From positions 54,734-118,733 of the forward strand of contig JBAWXN010000002.1 of the NCBI GenBank assembly GCA_037144045.1: 64,000 nucleotides of DNA. The letters are read 5' to 3'. Shown here piece after piece: positions 39,105-49,690 of the stretch. Source of the stretch: a bacterium (lineage in GTDB: Bacteria > Patescibacteriota > Minisyncoccia > Phycocordibacterales > UBA1006). Position 1 is the first letter of the stretch, and every line of letters starts with the position of its first letter. The notes beneath the pieces were generated by a model. The model ran no database searches, had not been told where the DNA came from, and saw only the letters and a program-made list of their open reading frames with translations. A program made the translations under genes and the position numbers.

Positions 39105-40613
39105 ATGAAACACTCTATTAATACTCATTTAATCCCCCAACATGTTTCGCATGTAACAGAATCCCTTAAAGCCGCAGGTTTTGAGGCTTTTGTGGTGGGT
39201 GGATGTGTCCGGGATATTATTATGGGGCGTACACCTAAAGACTGGGACATTACCACAGACGCAGTACCTGAACAGATCATTAGCCTTTTTGAGTCTCAGG
39301 GTAAAAAAGTAGTTTACGAGAATGCTTTTGGGACAGTTGCTCTCATAGAAGAAAACGAACCATTTGATTCAGTTACTCGCCAGATTGAGATTACCCCATT
39401 CCGCAGTGAAACAACCTATTCCGATAATCGACACCCTGATGCTGTTACTTTTTCTAAAACATTGAATGAGGATTTAAAACGACGTGACTTCACTATTAAC
39501 GCACTTGCCTATGACATTGAAAACGACATACTGATCGATAATTATCAAGGTTTAAACGACATTGAAAACGACATACTAAAAACCGTTGGAAATGCTGAAG
39601 AACGGCTTTCTGAGGACGCACTACGTATCCTTCGAGGTATCAGATTTGCCGCACAACTAGGATTTACTGTTTCACATGAAACAATCAATGCTATGTTTCA
39701 CGTGAAACATTTATTGAATAACATATCTCAGGAACGAATTCGGGATGAATTCGTTAAAATGATCGATTCGAACCACCCAATTATTGCACTAGGAATCATG
39801 AAGCAATTGGGTATACTGGAAATGATTATACCTGAATTACTTGAAGGTGATGGCTGTGAACAAGGCGGAGTTCATAAATACGATGTTTTTGAACATTTAT
39901 TGCATGCTTGCCAGCACGCAGCAGATAAAGATTATACGTTCCACGTGAAACTTGCAGCTCTGTTTCATGATATTGGGAAACCAAGAACACGGAGACCTGG
40001 ACAGAAGAAAGCTTGGACCTTCTATGGTCATGAAGTCGTAGGAGCTCGAATGTCGTTAAAGATCATGGAACGGCTCAGGTTTCCTAAGTCAGACGCAGAA
40101 CTTGTTGTGAAACTTGTCCGTTATCATATGTTCTTCAGCGACACTGAACAGATCACACTATCTGCGGTTCGTCGTATGATTGCGAATGTTTCACGTGAAA
40201 ACATTTGGACCTTGATGCAAATTCGAGAATGTGACCGCGTCGGTATGGCAAAACCTGAAGCTCCTTATCGCTTACGTAAGTACCACGCAATGATCGAAGA
40301 GTGCCTTCGTGATCCAATATCTGTTTCACAGCTTAAGATTGATGGCAATTACCTTATGAAGGAGTTACACGTGAAACCAGGTCCTCGTATGGGATGGATG
40401 TTACACGCACTTCTTGAAGAGGTGCTAGAAAACCCTGAAAAGAACACAATTGAGTATCTTTCTGCAAGAATCAACACTTTCCAAGGTTTCACAGATTTAG
40501 AACTTAGAAAATTAGGCGAACAAGGTAAGCAAACTAAAGAAGAATTGGATGATGCTGAAATCACCAAGTTACACGTGAAACATGGGGTTGCAGCTCAATC
40601 AAAGAAGAAGTAA
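39105..40613 (+). CDS. cca: CCA tRNA nucleotidyltransferase (class II, with HD domain)
   Basis: VGGCVRD, DWDITT, RRDFTINA, EDALRILR, ERIRDEF and FHDIGK motifs; true start at 39105, after the tRNA. Confidence 0.9.
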   Translation: MKHSINTHLIPQHVSHVTESLKAAGFEAFVVGGCVRDIIMGRTPKDWDITTDAVPEQIISLFESQGKKVVYENAFGTVALIEENEPFDSVTRQIEITPFRSETTYSDNRHPDAVTFSKTLNEDLKRRDFTINALAYDIENDILIDNYQGLNDIENDILKTVGNAEERLSEDALRILRGIRFAAQLGFTVSHETINAMFHVKHLLNNISQERIRDEFVKMIDSNHPIIALGIMKQLGILEMIIPELLEGDGCEQGGVHKYDVFEHLLHACQHAADKDYTFHVKLAALFHDIGKPRTRRPGQKKAWTFYGHEVVGARMSLKIMERLRFPKSDAELVVKLVRYHMFFSDTEQITLSAVRRMIANVSRENIWTLMQIRECDRVGMAKPEAPYRLRKYHAMIEECLRDPISVSQLKIDGNYLMKELHVKPGPRMGWMLHALLEEVLENPEKNTIEYLSARINTFQGFTDLELRKLGEQGKQTKEELDDAEITKLHVKHGVAAQSKKK

Positions 40614-40637
40614 TGTTTCACGTGAAACAAAAAGGCC

Positions 40638-42266
40638 TCATTGGGTCTTTTTTGTTTCTATAGCTGCTTTTATGAGACCATCAAACAAAGGATGTGGCTT
40701 GTCTGGTCGGGATAGGAATTCAGGATGACTTTGAGTTCCTACAAAATAGGGATGCATTTCTGGATTTAATTCAATCATTTCTACAAGATAATCTTCGGGA
40801 TTATCTCCAATGTTTCCCGTGAAACGTCCTGAAATAAGCATTCCACGATCTTCTAATTGTTTTACATATTGATTTTGGACTTCTAGGCGGTGTCTGTGAC
40901 GTTCTATGGTCTGTGAAACACCGAATAGCGATGCAATTTTGGTTTCTGGCTGTATATCACACCTGTAATCGCCCAGGCGCATAGTCCCGCCTTTTTGCGT
41001 AATTTTGAGTTGTTCCGGAATGAAGTCGATAATGAAATCTGAATCTGGTGAAGTGTTTTCCATTTCTCGGGATACGGCGCGCGGAATGCCGCAGGCATTC
41101 CGCGCGAACTCAACTACAGCAAGCTGCATTCCTAAACAGATACCAAAATAGGGCACCTTGTGCATACGCACATACTCAATCGCTTTTATTTTGCCTTCCA
41201 TTCCACGCGAACCGAATCCACCGGGAACAATAACAGCATCGTACGTCTTCAATTCAGTAATCAGTGCATCGTCGTCAGCATCTAAAATAGTTACTACGCA
41301 ATCAACATTGTTGGCAGCTGCAGCTATTTTAACCGATTCTATAACGCTCAAATAAGCATCTGATAATTTCGTATACTTAGATACCAATGCAACTTTTACT
41401 TTTATTTCCTTAGGTTTTTGAATATCATGGAAAAACCGAGGAAGCTTAATGTGCAGGTCTCTATCCATAAATTCAGCAAGTACTTCCGATATCTTGGTAT
41501 TTTCAAGTAAATGAATGGGTACCGAATAAATACTCGACATATCAGGGCAGGGGATGACTCGATCTTGATTCAAGTTTCCAAATAGAGCAATTTTTTCAAG
41601 GAGTCCTAGTGGTAAATCACCATGATCGGGCTCATAGCGTGCCGCAATAATATCAGGCTGAATTCCTAAACGAAGCAGTTCTCGTAATGAATTTTGCAGC
41701 GGTTTTGACTTATATTCACCAGAAACCTTAAGGAAGGGTACATATCCCAAGTGAATATGAAGGACTTTACCTGGGTGATCGCGCCGAAATTGACGTAACC
41801 CCTCCAAAAACACTTCTGCTTCCATGTCGCCCGTAGAGCCTCCAATTTCGATAACTTTTACATCACTTTCTGTTCCTGAGTATATTTTCTTAATATAATC
41901 AGTTATATGAGGAATAAGTTGTACCGTATGACCCAAAAAGACCCCTTCACGCTCCTGATCAAGGATTGATTGGTAAATACGTCCAGCACTCATCGTTGAT
42001 CGTTTGGTAAGATGGGTTTGGAGGAAGCGTTCGTAGTGGCCTAAATCAAGGTCTGTTTCCGCGCCGTCCCCAAGTACATATACCTCACCATGTTCGTAAG
42101 GCGACATGGTTCCAGGATCAACATTCAAATAGGGGTCCATTTTTAAAGCTTCGACGCTGATGCCGCTTGATTTAAGAATCAAGCCAATGCTTGCACCAAT
42201 GATGCCCTTCCCGAGTCCAGACACCACTCCGCCAGTAACTACAATGTAGCGTGCGCCGGTATTCAC
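40638..42266 (-). CDS. pyrG: CTP synthase
   Basis: GGVVSGLGKG, DPYLNVDPGTMSP, GICLGMQ and HPEF motifs. Confidence 0.97.
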   Translation of the reverse strand: MNTGARYIVVTGGVVSGLGKGIIGASIGLILKSSGISVEALKMDPYLNVDPGTMSPYEHGEVYVLGDGAETDLDLGHYERFLQTHLTKRSTMSAGRIYQSILDQEREGVFLGHTVQLIPHITDYIKKIYSGTESDVKVIEIGGSTGDMEAEVFLEGLRQFRRDHPGKVLHIHLGYVPFLKVSGEYKSKPLQNSLRELLRLGIQPDIIAARYEPDHGDLPLGLLEKIALFGNLNQDRVIPCPDMSSIYSVPIHLLENTKISEVLAEFMDRDLHIKLPRFFHDIQKPKEIKVKVALVSKYTKLSDAYLSVIESVKIAAAANNVDCVVTILDADDDALITELKTYDAVIVPGGFGSRGMEGKIKAIEYVRMHKVPYFGICLGMQLAVVEFARNACGIPRAVSREMENTSPDSDFIIDFIPEQLKITQKGGTMRLGDYRCDIQPETKIASLFGVSQTIERHRHRLEVQNQYVKQLEDRGMLISGRFTGNIGDNPEDYLVEMIELNPEMHPYFVGTQSHPEFLSRPDKPHPLFDGLIKAAIETKKTQ

Positions 42267-42365
42267 AAACGTAATTATAACAAATCATTACTAAGAAGCT
42301 AATAAAAAAACTATCCACAAAATTACACCACAAATTTTTAAAATGTGCTATACTCTTTTTTATCT

Positions 42366-43373
42366 ATGAACTTGATTATTCAGGCCGCTATTATTATTAC
42401 TATTACAGGTTTCTTTGGAATGCTCGAAGCTGCACTATTTACAGTTCCTATATCGCGTGCACGCGTTCTCGCTTCACAAAAAAAGAGTGGCGCGGAAGCA
42501 CTGCTCACCCTTAAGCGCTCTATGGCACGACCTATTTTCCTATTGGTTGTTTTCGTTAACGTATCCACAGTACTCGGAAGTATTATCCTTGGTAAAAATG
42601 CTGGGGAAACAGCTGGTGTTTCAGTAGGACTCGTATCAGCACTCATGACTATTGGAATTATTATTTTTGGAGAACTCCTTCCTAAAAGTTTTGGTGACAA
42701 GCACGCTGAAACTATTGCGCGGTTTTTTGCACCATTTTTAATTTTTATTACAAAAATATTTACTCCTATTGTTTGGCTCTATGAAAAGGGAATTACTTTG
42801 TTACTAGGAAGTCATACGACCCCGGTATCAGAAGATGATCTACGCGTTTTATCTGAAACAAGTCACACAGAAGGGGGAATCGAAGCTGATGAAAAAGAAA
42901 TCATCCTTAACACGTTTCGCATGAATGATACTCATGCACGCGACATTATGACCCCTCGCGTTAACATTGAAGCACTTCCTGAACATACCACCCTTCAAGA
43001 AGCGTTGATAATTATCGGCGATAAACCGTTTTCGCGAATGCCGGTGTATAGTAAAAACATAGATGATATTGTTGGTGTTGTAACATCGAAAGACATTTTA
43101 CGTGCATTAGCCCATGATGAACACGCAAACCATGTTTCACAATATATTCGACCCCATACAACCGTAAGCGAAACCATGCGAGCAGACCACTTACTTGGAA
43201 TGTTTCAAAAACAAAAAATGCACTGCGCGATTGTGATTGATGATTTCGGTGGAACTGCTGGGTTTATTACTCTTGAAGACGTACTCGAAGTACTCGTAGG
43301 CGAAATCATGGATGAAACCGACGAAATTGAAGATTTACGTAAACCACAACACCATTCTAACAACCCAGCCTAG
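42366..43373 (+). CDS. CNNM/DUF21-CBS domain (hemolysin-like) membrane protein
   Basis: FGELLPK, IMTPR and DDFGGTAGFITLEDVLE motifs. Confidence 0.88.
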   Translation: MNLIIQAAIIITITGFFGMLEAALFTVPISRARVLASQKKSGAEALLTLKRSMARPIFLLVVFVNVSTVLGSIILGKNAGETAGVSVGLVSALMTIGIIIFGELLPKSFGDKHAETIARFFAPFLIFITKIFTPIVWLYEKGITLLLGSHTTPVSEDDLRVLSETSHTEGGIEADEKEIILNTFRMNDTHARDIMTPRVNIEALPEHTTLQEALIIIGDKPFSRMPVYSKNIDDIVGVVTSKDILRALAHDEHANHVSQYIRPHTTVSETMRADHLLGMFQKQKMHCAIVIDDFGGTAGFITLEDVLEVLVGEIMDETDEIEDLRKPQHHSNNPA

Positions 43374-43460
43374 TGTTGGGTTGTTATTTGCTTTAAATCG
43401 AAAAGTATGGTTTAATACTGACCAACCTATTTTTATTTATGTACTTCTAAAAATTGAACT

Positions 43461-43826
43461 GTGCCAGAACAAACACAAGGAACCATGTTTTTACTCGTTG
43501 AAGGGAAAATTACAAAAGCCAAGGGCGAGGATCGAAAGTTACAAGTAATATTTCGAGAAGATGGTACGAGTCATCCTATTGAAAAAAAGTTATGGCTTGG
43601 TTCTATTACGGTAATAGAACGAGGTGACAAAAAGTTTTTTTCTGAGACTGTTTTTATTAACAACAACAATCAAAAAATTATTCTCGGCACTGCGGAGGGT
43701 GATGTCCACAAAAGAGAATTTCCTCACTTACTAGACGAGGAGAGAAAACAAGGTCTCTTTTCCTTGTATAAAGAACAAGACATTCCTCGCATTTTTATCC
43801 TTAATAAAGCATTACTTTCTGAATAA
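43461..43826 (+). CDS. hypothetical protein
   Basis: 121-aa ORF; start uncertain. Confidence 0.45.
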   Translation: MPEQTQGTMFLLVEGKITKAKGEDRKLQVIFREDGTSHPIEKKLWLGSITVIERGDKKFFSETVFINNNNQKIILGTAEGDVHKREFPHLLDEERKQGLFSLYKEQDIPRIFILNKALLSE

Positions 43827-43861
43827 ACTAATAAAACCCTACTTCTGTAGGGTTTATTTTA

Positions 43862-44179
43862 TTAGTTCTTATTTTCTAGTGCTGCAGCTGCAGTATATTT
43901 TCTAATAGTATCAGCATTTGTTCCAGCAACTACATTAAGTGAGTCATTCATACTCTTCTGAAACTCTTCAGTTTTTTCAAGAGCTTCTGCCTCTGCAAGG
44001 AGTTCTCTTGCTTTATCAAGCATGCCAAGCTTTCTGAATTCTCGGCTTAATGAAAATAATTCCTCAAGGTTCGCAAGGTGGTCATTACTTAGCGCAAGTG
44101 CTGCGTGCCGTTCCAGCAGTTTTGCTTTTTCAGTTTCAACTTCGGTTTGATTTGGAGCCAACATGTTTTCGTGATTCAT
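43862..44179 (-). CDS. hypothetical helical protein
   Basis: ORF directly downstream of xth. Confidence 0.5.
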   Translation of the reverse strand: MNHENMLAPNQTEVETEKAKLLERHAALALSNDHLANLEELFSLSREFRKLGMLDKARELLAEAEALEKTEEFQKSMNDSLNVVAGTNADTIRKYTAAAALENKN

Positions 44180-44198
44180 GAGATAAGTATACCAGTAA

Positions 44199-44993
44199 TT
44201 ACTTTGATAATTCAAGCACTACTGGACAATGGTCTGATCCCATTTGTTGAGGGAGTATCGTACATGATTTTACTCGAGTCTTTAATTTTTCAGACACAAA
44301 CCAATAATCAATTCTCCAACCAATGTTCCGGACTCGTGAATTGGCGAAATTACTCCACCAACTATAGTGACCATTGCCTTGGGTAAACATACGAAATGTG
44401 TCAATAAACCCAGTTTTAATCATCTTATCTATTCCTGACCGTTCTTCTGCAGTAAACCCATGTGTACGCTCATTTGATTTGGGATTTGCGAGATCGTCTG
44501 GAGTATGCGCTACATTCAGGTCTCCGCAGAACACTACTGGTTTTTTCTTCTCGAGGAGTTTACAGTGATCAAGGAATGCTGGGTCCCAGTTTTTCTCTCG
44601 CAGTTCAAGGCGTGACAGATCACCTTTTGAATTGGGTGTATATACATTAACCACATAAAAATCTTTGAACTCAGCCGTAATCACACGACCCTCAGTAGTA
44701 GTGTCTCCATAAGAATCTGCAAGACGGTATTTTTTAGCAACGGCATCTGTAAATCCCAACTGGATCGACAATGGTTCAACTTTAGAAAAAATTGCAACGC
44801 CACTATAACCTTTTTTCTGTGCTGAGTGCCAGTATTCATGATAATCAGAGAGGTCAACAGGGGACTCGTGTTGCTGCGCCTTGGTTTCTTGAAAACAAAT
44901 AATGTCTGGTTGTTCTGATTCAATAAAAGGTACCAATAGTCCCTTTTTATGCACTGCACGGATTCCATTTACGTTCCAGGTGATGAGTTTCAT
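44199..44993 (-). CDS. xth: exodeoxyribonuclease III / AP endonuclease
   Basis: WNVNG, QETK, GDLN, GWRIDY and GSDHCP motifs. Confidence 0.95.
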   Translation of the reverse strand: MKLITWNVNGIRAVHKKGLLVPFIESEQPDIICFQETKAQQHESPVDLSDYHEYWHSAQKKGYSGVAIFSKVEPLSIQLGFTDAVAKKYRLADSYGDTTTEGRVITAEFKDFYVVNVYTPNSKGDLSRLELREKNWDPAFLDHCKLLEKKKPVVFCGDLNVAHTPDDLANPKSNERTHGFTAEERSGIDKMIKTGFIDTFRMFTQGNGHYSWWSNFANSRVRNIGWRIDYWFVSEKLKTRVKSCTILPQQMGSDHCPVVLELSK

Positions 44994-45083
44994 GAAAAAG
45001 AGTATACCATACCAAAAATTCAAAAAATAAGTTGTGTAAAAAGCCGAACAATAGTTCGGCTTTTAATTTAATTGTGTTAACTA

Positions 45084-45545
45084 CTAATATTCACACACAG
45101 AAGACATTGCTATGCGAAACGCTGTGTAATCAAGGTCTTCTAATTCGCGCCAGTAACTAAAGTAGCCAAACCTACCCATGAAATGCTTGTCTACTTTTTC
45201 ATCAGGCACACCATCTTTGTTTAGATCTTGAATAATTGAAAAGTTTCCGAAAACACCTGTTTTTATTAGTTTGAATCTACCCCAACTTCTAATAAGATAG
45301 TACTCTGACAGTTCGCCATCACCTTTCCAAATTTCTTTCGAATAAGTTAACGGGATAATGACCCAGACAAAGAAAGCACTGCCAACAATTCCAAGCAATA
45401 TTACTATCTTAAACGAGTCCTCCCCGCAAACAAGCCTAATAAGAGCTGGGGACACTAAGACTACTGCCAATGCGGCTAACCTGAATATAACCTTCCCAGC
45501 CTCTGTAATATCATACCTAAGCCATTTCCATGTATTTTCCATCAT
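45084..45545 (-). CDS. hypothetical membrane protein
   Basis: Two TM helices and a DLNKDGVPD loop. Confidence 0.5.
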   Translation of the reverse strand: MMENTWKWLRYDITEAGKVIFRLAALAVVLVSPALIRLVCGEDSFKIVILLGIVGSAFFVWVIIPLTYSKEIWKGDGELSEYYLIRSWGRFKLIKTGVFGNFSIIQDLNKDGVPDEKVDKHFMGRFGYFSYWRELEDLDYTAFRIAMSSVCEY

Positions 45546-45687
45546 TATTTAATTTAATTTTGAAAGAATATCCTTTCTTGTATGTATTAAACCATATTTT
45601 TATAATTTTGTCTAATTATATGTATATTATAGTATATAAGTAAAAGAATTTTTTACTTATTACATATTTATATGGTAGAATACCTAT

Positions 45688-46551
45688 ATGAATATATTAA
45701 AACCTCAGTCCATCGAGGAATACATCGTTTCTCTCCTTCAAAAAAATTCTCGTTCTGGCTCAGAACTTCTTACAGCTATTCAATCCAAACGTCCAGGAAC
45801 CACTAAACAGGCTCTGTATGCATCACTCCGAAAACTAAGATCCGATGAAATCGTAGTGGTGCACAAAATGCGGATATCATTATCCAGTATCTGGGTCACC
45901 AAAATGGCCGAATTCTTTACCCTTGCAAAACACTTCTATACCAAAACCACTACAACCGACGAAGGATTTCTTAACCTTGAAGATGGTGACCGGGTGACGT
46001 ATTCATTTAAAAACCCTAATGTTACTGACATTTTCTGGGGACACGCATTCGATATTCTTGCAGAAATTACTCCCATTACTGAACCAGTGTTTCTATACAA
46101 TCCACATGATTGGTTTATGCTAGCTCGTCCAGAAACGGAGAAATTATTGTTTAAGAAGTTTGCTAAAGCAGGGAAGCAATTATTAATATTAGTAGGAGAT
46201 GCCAAGCCACTTGATAAATATATTATTAAAGAATTCGATGGAACGATTGCTCAGTACCATCCAACGAATGAACTTGTTTTTGATAAACGAAATTATTACG
46301 TAAACATCTTTGATGATTTCATTATCGAAGTCCATCTTGATGAAATCACTACAAAGAAAATTGACGAGTTCTACAACACAGCGAATGACTGGAATCCCGA
46401 AAACGAGGCTGTCTTGAAAAAAATTATCGCAAATGAAGGTAAAAATAAGCTTACTATTTCAAAGAATCGAAAGAAGGCGGAACACTTGAAAAAAATATTC
46501 AGGAAATATTTTTATATTAAATCCTTGAAACAAAATACAACCCATATATAA
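45688..46551 (+). CDS. winged-helix transcriptional regulator (TrmB-related)
   Basis: TKQALYASLRKL HTH, YVNIFDDFII, and an upstream inverted repeat at 45636-45660. Confidence 0.6.
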   Translation: MNILKPQSIEEYIVSLLQKNSRSGSELLTAIQSKRPGTTKQALYASLRKLRSDEIVVVHKMRISLSSIWVTKMAEFFTLAKHFYTKTTTTDEGFLNLEDGDRVTYSFKNPNVTDIFWGHAFDILAEITPITEPVFLYNPHDWFMLARPETEKLLFKKFAKAGKQLLILVGDAKPLDKYIIKEFDGTIAQYHPTNELVFDKRNYYVNIFDDFIIEVHLDEITTKKIDEFYNTANDWNPENEAVLKKIIANEGKNKLTISKNRKKAEHLKKIFRKYFYIKSLKQNTTHI

Positions 46552-46558
46552 TACATTT

Positions 46559-47011
46559 ATGACACATATTATATTGATTACCCTTATAGGAGCTTTGATA
46601 TCTATTATTATTGGAAGCATCTGGTATTCAGACAAAACCCCGATGGGACAACTACACATGCAAGTACTTGGTTTTGATAAATTATCAAAAGAACAACAGC
46701 AACAGCTTATTGAGGAAGCGAAACCACACATGTGGAAATCATTCCTTGGACAATTTATTCTTTCGGGACTCACTGCATTTTTCATTGCACTAGTAAGCGT
46801 ACAAGGGAGTCAGAACGGTGAAACTATGGGTATGATTGCAGGTTATAGTGTTCTAGCCTGGCTTTGTTTCATGGTTCCAATTATTGGATCAAACATTATT
46901 TGGGGTAACATAGATCGAAAAATTGCATTCAAGAAATTTATTTTTGATATTCTTGCCAATTTAGTAACCATTGGATTAGTACTCGTAATTGCATATTTGT
47001 TTGTAAAATAA
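46559..47011 (+). CDS. DUF1761-like membrane protein
   Basis: IGSIWYS...G motif and four TM helices. Confidence 0.7.
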   Translation: MTHIILITLIGALISIIIGSIWYSDKTPMGQLHMQVLGFDKLSKEQQQQLIEEAKPHMWKSFLGQFILSGLTAFFIALVSVQGSQNGETMGMIAGYSVLAWLCFMVPIIGSNIIWGNIDRKIAFKKFIFDILANLVTIGLVLVIAYLFVK

Positions 47012-47035
47012 TAAAACCGGACAGTACGTCCGGTT

Positions 47036-47698
47036 TTATAGTGCTTTGTACAATGAAAATATGAGTGCCAGTTGGTCGCCAGGATCAGTACGAGCATCGA
47101 AGAATTCAACACGTTGATCTACTACTTGTAATCCCACTGAGCCAAAGAGGGTATTAAGCTCGTCTTTCGTAAAAAAGTAATACGAGACACCAAATTTTTC
47201 AAACTGTGAATCAGGTGAAATTTTAGGTCGGAACCCAAGGAACCGCTGTGTTTCTTTTGAAAGAGAAACATTAAGCACGTAGCCACCTGATTTCACGACA
47301 CGCTGTATTTCAGATATATATTGATTCCAATCAATAGGATCAAGGTGCTGGAGTACTCCAATATCAGTAACCGCATCAAACGAATTATCAACAAGGGGAA
47401 TGTCGCGTACGTCACCGTGAACAAATCGCGCACGATCAGCATATCCTTCACGTTTGATTTCGCGATTACCTTTTTGAACCACATCATTAATATATTCAAG
47501 TCCGATAACACGGTTTCCATCAGCAACTAATTTTCCTATCCAAAGCCCACGACCTGCACCTACGTCTAACACCAACGCATCAGGCGCAAGAGGGGGAAGT
47601 ACTTGCAAGGCAATGTGATGATAGGGAATATGAGTCCACACATCAGAACCAGTACGATACGCAATTTCAAAATAATTTTTCTGAGCACTGTAATCCAT
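47036..47698 (-). CDS. class I SAM-dependent methyltransferase
   Basis: VLDVGAGRG, GD, SFDAV and RVVKSGG motifs. Confidence 0.88.
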   Translation of the reverse strand: MDYSAQKNYFEIAYRTGSDVWTHIPYHHIALQVLPPLAPDALVLDVGAGRGLWIGKLVADGNRVIGLEYINDVVQKGNREIKREGYADRARFVHGDVRDIPLVDNSFDAVTDIGVLQHLDPIDWNQYISEIQRVVKSGGYVLNVSLSKETQRFLGFRPKISPDSQFEKFGVSYYFFTKDELNTLFGSVGLQVVDQRVEFFDARTDPGDQLALIFSLYKAL

Positions 47699-47751
47699 TA
47701 CTAAAAGTATATCATGAAAAAACCTACCGAGGAGGTAGGTTTATTTATTTA

Positions 47752-48726
47752 TCACTTGTTCTTGTACTCGTTCACCATGCGTACCTCTAGATGAGCAAGT
47801 GGGTGAAGTGGAGTAGGGAGGTTGTCTAATGTGACCCATTTGATTTCATCAAATTTATGCGGCTCACCATTTATGACTTGTTCGCGATCTACTTCAACGA
47901 GGAAAATCATACATAACCAATGTCGCAAACCTCGATCTGATGTACGAAATAAATCATGGTATCCTAGGAAATTTATTTCTTTTGGAGTAACACCATATTC
48001 TTCTCGTAATTCTTTATGAACGGTTTGCACGATCGAATCACCGAATTCAACACGACCACCTCCGAAGTCCCATGCACCATGTTCGTCATTACATTGAATA
48101 CTGCGCTTGTTCATTAAATAATTTCCTTGACCATCATGGCATACATAACAAATAGTAATTGCTGGATAGTCGAGCCCTCTCCGCGACTCAATTTGTTTTC
48201 TTAGTGTGTCATGTTCTCCGAAACATTCGGAAATTACTTTTTTATTTACTTCAAAATTTTCTTCGAAAGAATAATTCGAATTAACTACATAGTTGAAGCA
48301 GGTCGTCCGATCATACACCTCGTTATAAAAATTACAGAAAGATAAGATAGTAGCGACACCTCGTTCCTCGAACAAGGTCATAGGCTTCTCTGATGAGACC
48401 ATATTAATGACAATGTCTCGCCTCGGGTCAAACAAAACACAAAAGTCTCGAGGATTGCGTACGCCATCAAAAATATTTCCCAAATCCTTACTTGAATTAT
48501 TTTTTGCGTGATTAGCAAAAAAATCTGGATCAATTTTTAAAAACTCTTTTGATTGATTGGTTATTCGTTGCGTGTAATCAAATAATGATTCACCTTCATG
48601 CCGTGGAAACTGTTGTTTCAAGTAAGAAGATAGTTGAACCCGCTTATAGTTAAATTGCTCTATAAGAAAATTTCCAAGTGTTGTTTTGCCGGTCCCTGTA
48701 GAACCAATGATAAATACATTTTTCAT
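47752..48726 (-). CDS. P-loop nucleotide-kinase / Nudix fusion
   Basis: GSTGTGKTT...DGVR in the N-terminal half; GGRVEFGDS...ELREEYG Nudix box in the C-terminal half. Confidence 0.75.
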   Translation of the reverse strand: MKNVFIIGSTGTGKTTLGNFLIEQFNYKRVQLSSYLKQQFPRHEGESLFDYTQRITNQSKEFLKIDPDFFANHAKNNSSKDLGNIFDGVRNPRDFCVLFDPRRDIVINMVSSEKPMTLFEERGVATILSFCNFYNEVYDRTTCFNYVVNSNYSFEENFEVNKKVISECFGEHDTLRKQIESRRGLDYPAITICYVCHDGQGNYLMNKRSIQCNDEHGAWDFGGGRVEFGDSIVQTVHKELREEYGVTPKEINFLGYHDLFRTSDRGLRHWLCMIFLVEVDREQVINGEPHKFDEIKWVTLDNLPTPLHPLAHLEVRMVNEYKNK

Positions 48727-48804
48727 ACGATTTTTTTAGTGAAACTATTTGTTTGTTAAGGAATATTACTTGCACGATAGCAGGGAATAGCTATACTTGT
48801 ATAC

Positions 48805-49620
48805 ATGTCAGACAATATTCGACAACATAAACCCTCCACGAACCCCGAGGACCTGTTATCTAGACTAGGCCTCAGCGATAAAGAATCACATATCTACCTC
48901 GACTTGTTACAAAACGGTCCACGACCTGTCGCAGTTATTGCCAAACGCGCCGGAGTAACGCGCACCAATGGATATGACCTCGTAAAAAACCTCGAGAAGA
49001 AAGGACTCTGTTTTAGCAGTGGAACCACCTATGGTAAAAAAATTCATGCTCATGATCCTGTCGTATTCAAAGAAATTATTGCAGAAAAAAAGCGATCTCT
49101 TGATCACTTAGCAGCAGAACTTAACGACAGTGTTCATGTCTTTAAAAAAACAAAAACGACACCCTACACCAATCATGAGGTCACCTATCTGGAGGGTACA
49201 GAAAATATTAAGAAAATATTTCCCATGATGGCAGCACCTCATGTTTCACAGGTATATGGTGTTGGCTCTGAATTAGAACTCGAAGAATATGTTGGTCGTG
49301 AAACACTTGAGCAATTCCATGAGCAGCGTAAGCGCAATAACACCCACCTTTCAGTCCTCCGAGCAGGACCCCAACGTCTTTCGGGAAATGCGTTTCACGA
49401 TGATGTCGCCTATTTGCGCGAAGTCCGGATTCGCCCTAAAGGTAAGGTTCGACTGAAATCGCAGCTGTATTTATTTGATAACACCATCATTTTCTTAAAC
49501 CTATTCGACAAACCATTCGCAACCATTATTCACAACGAACCCATGTTTATTATGTTTCACTCATGGTACGAATTCATCTGGAATGCTTCTGAAACAGTGG
49601 TTTCACGGAAAAGTAAATAA
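48805..49620 (+). CDS. TrmB-family transcriptional regulator
   Basis: LGLSDKESHIYL, RTNGYD, YLEG and FIW motifs. Confidence 0.85.
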   Translation: MSDNIRQHKPSTNPEDLLSRLGLSDKESHIYLDLLQNGPRPVAVIAKRAGVTRTNGYDLVKNLEKKGLCFSSGTTYGKKIHAHDPVVFKEIIAEKKRSLDHLAAELNDSVHVFKKTKTTPYTNHEVTYLEGTENIKKIFPMMAAPHVSQVYGVGSELELEEYVGRETLEQFHEQRKRNNTHLSVLRAGPQRLSGNAFHDDVAYLREVRIRPKGKVRLKSQLYLFDNTIIFLNLFDKPFATIIHNEPMFIMFHSWYEFIWNASETVVSRKSK

Positions 49621-49690
49621 CTTCTAAAGTTTTTATAAGCAAAAAATAAACCCATCTTGTTACAGATGGGTTTTTGTGAAACGTTTCACA

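Larger units (their letters stand above)
38296..40826. repeat. parS site cluster (about 11 copies of TGTTTCACGTGAAACA-like palindrome)
   Basis: Copies start at 38296, 39097, 39143, 39668, 39694, 39937, 40187, 40363, 40567, 40614 and 40811; they match the canonical ParB-binding consensus. Confidence 0.85.

Noticed and set aside
39512-39577. 20-bp direct repeat (DIENDIL twice) in cca
   Set aside because: Only two copies, in frame; probably a local duplication with no supportable function.
38296-40826. CRISPR array or REP repeats
   Set aside because: The 16-bp palindromes are irregularly spaced, lie inside coding sequence and match parS; no cas genes are present.
2883-42319. Isolated DnaA-box-like 9-mers at ~2883, ~20267 and ~42311
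   Set aside because: Single boxes without clustering or an unwinding element; at most local regulatory sites.
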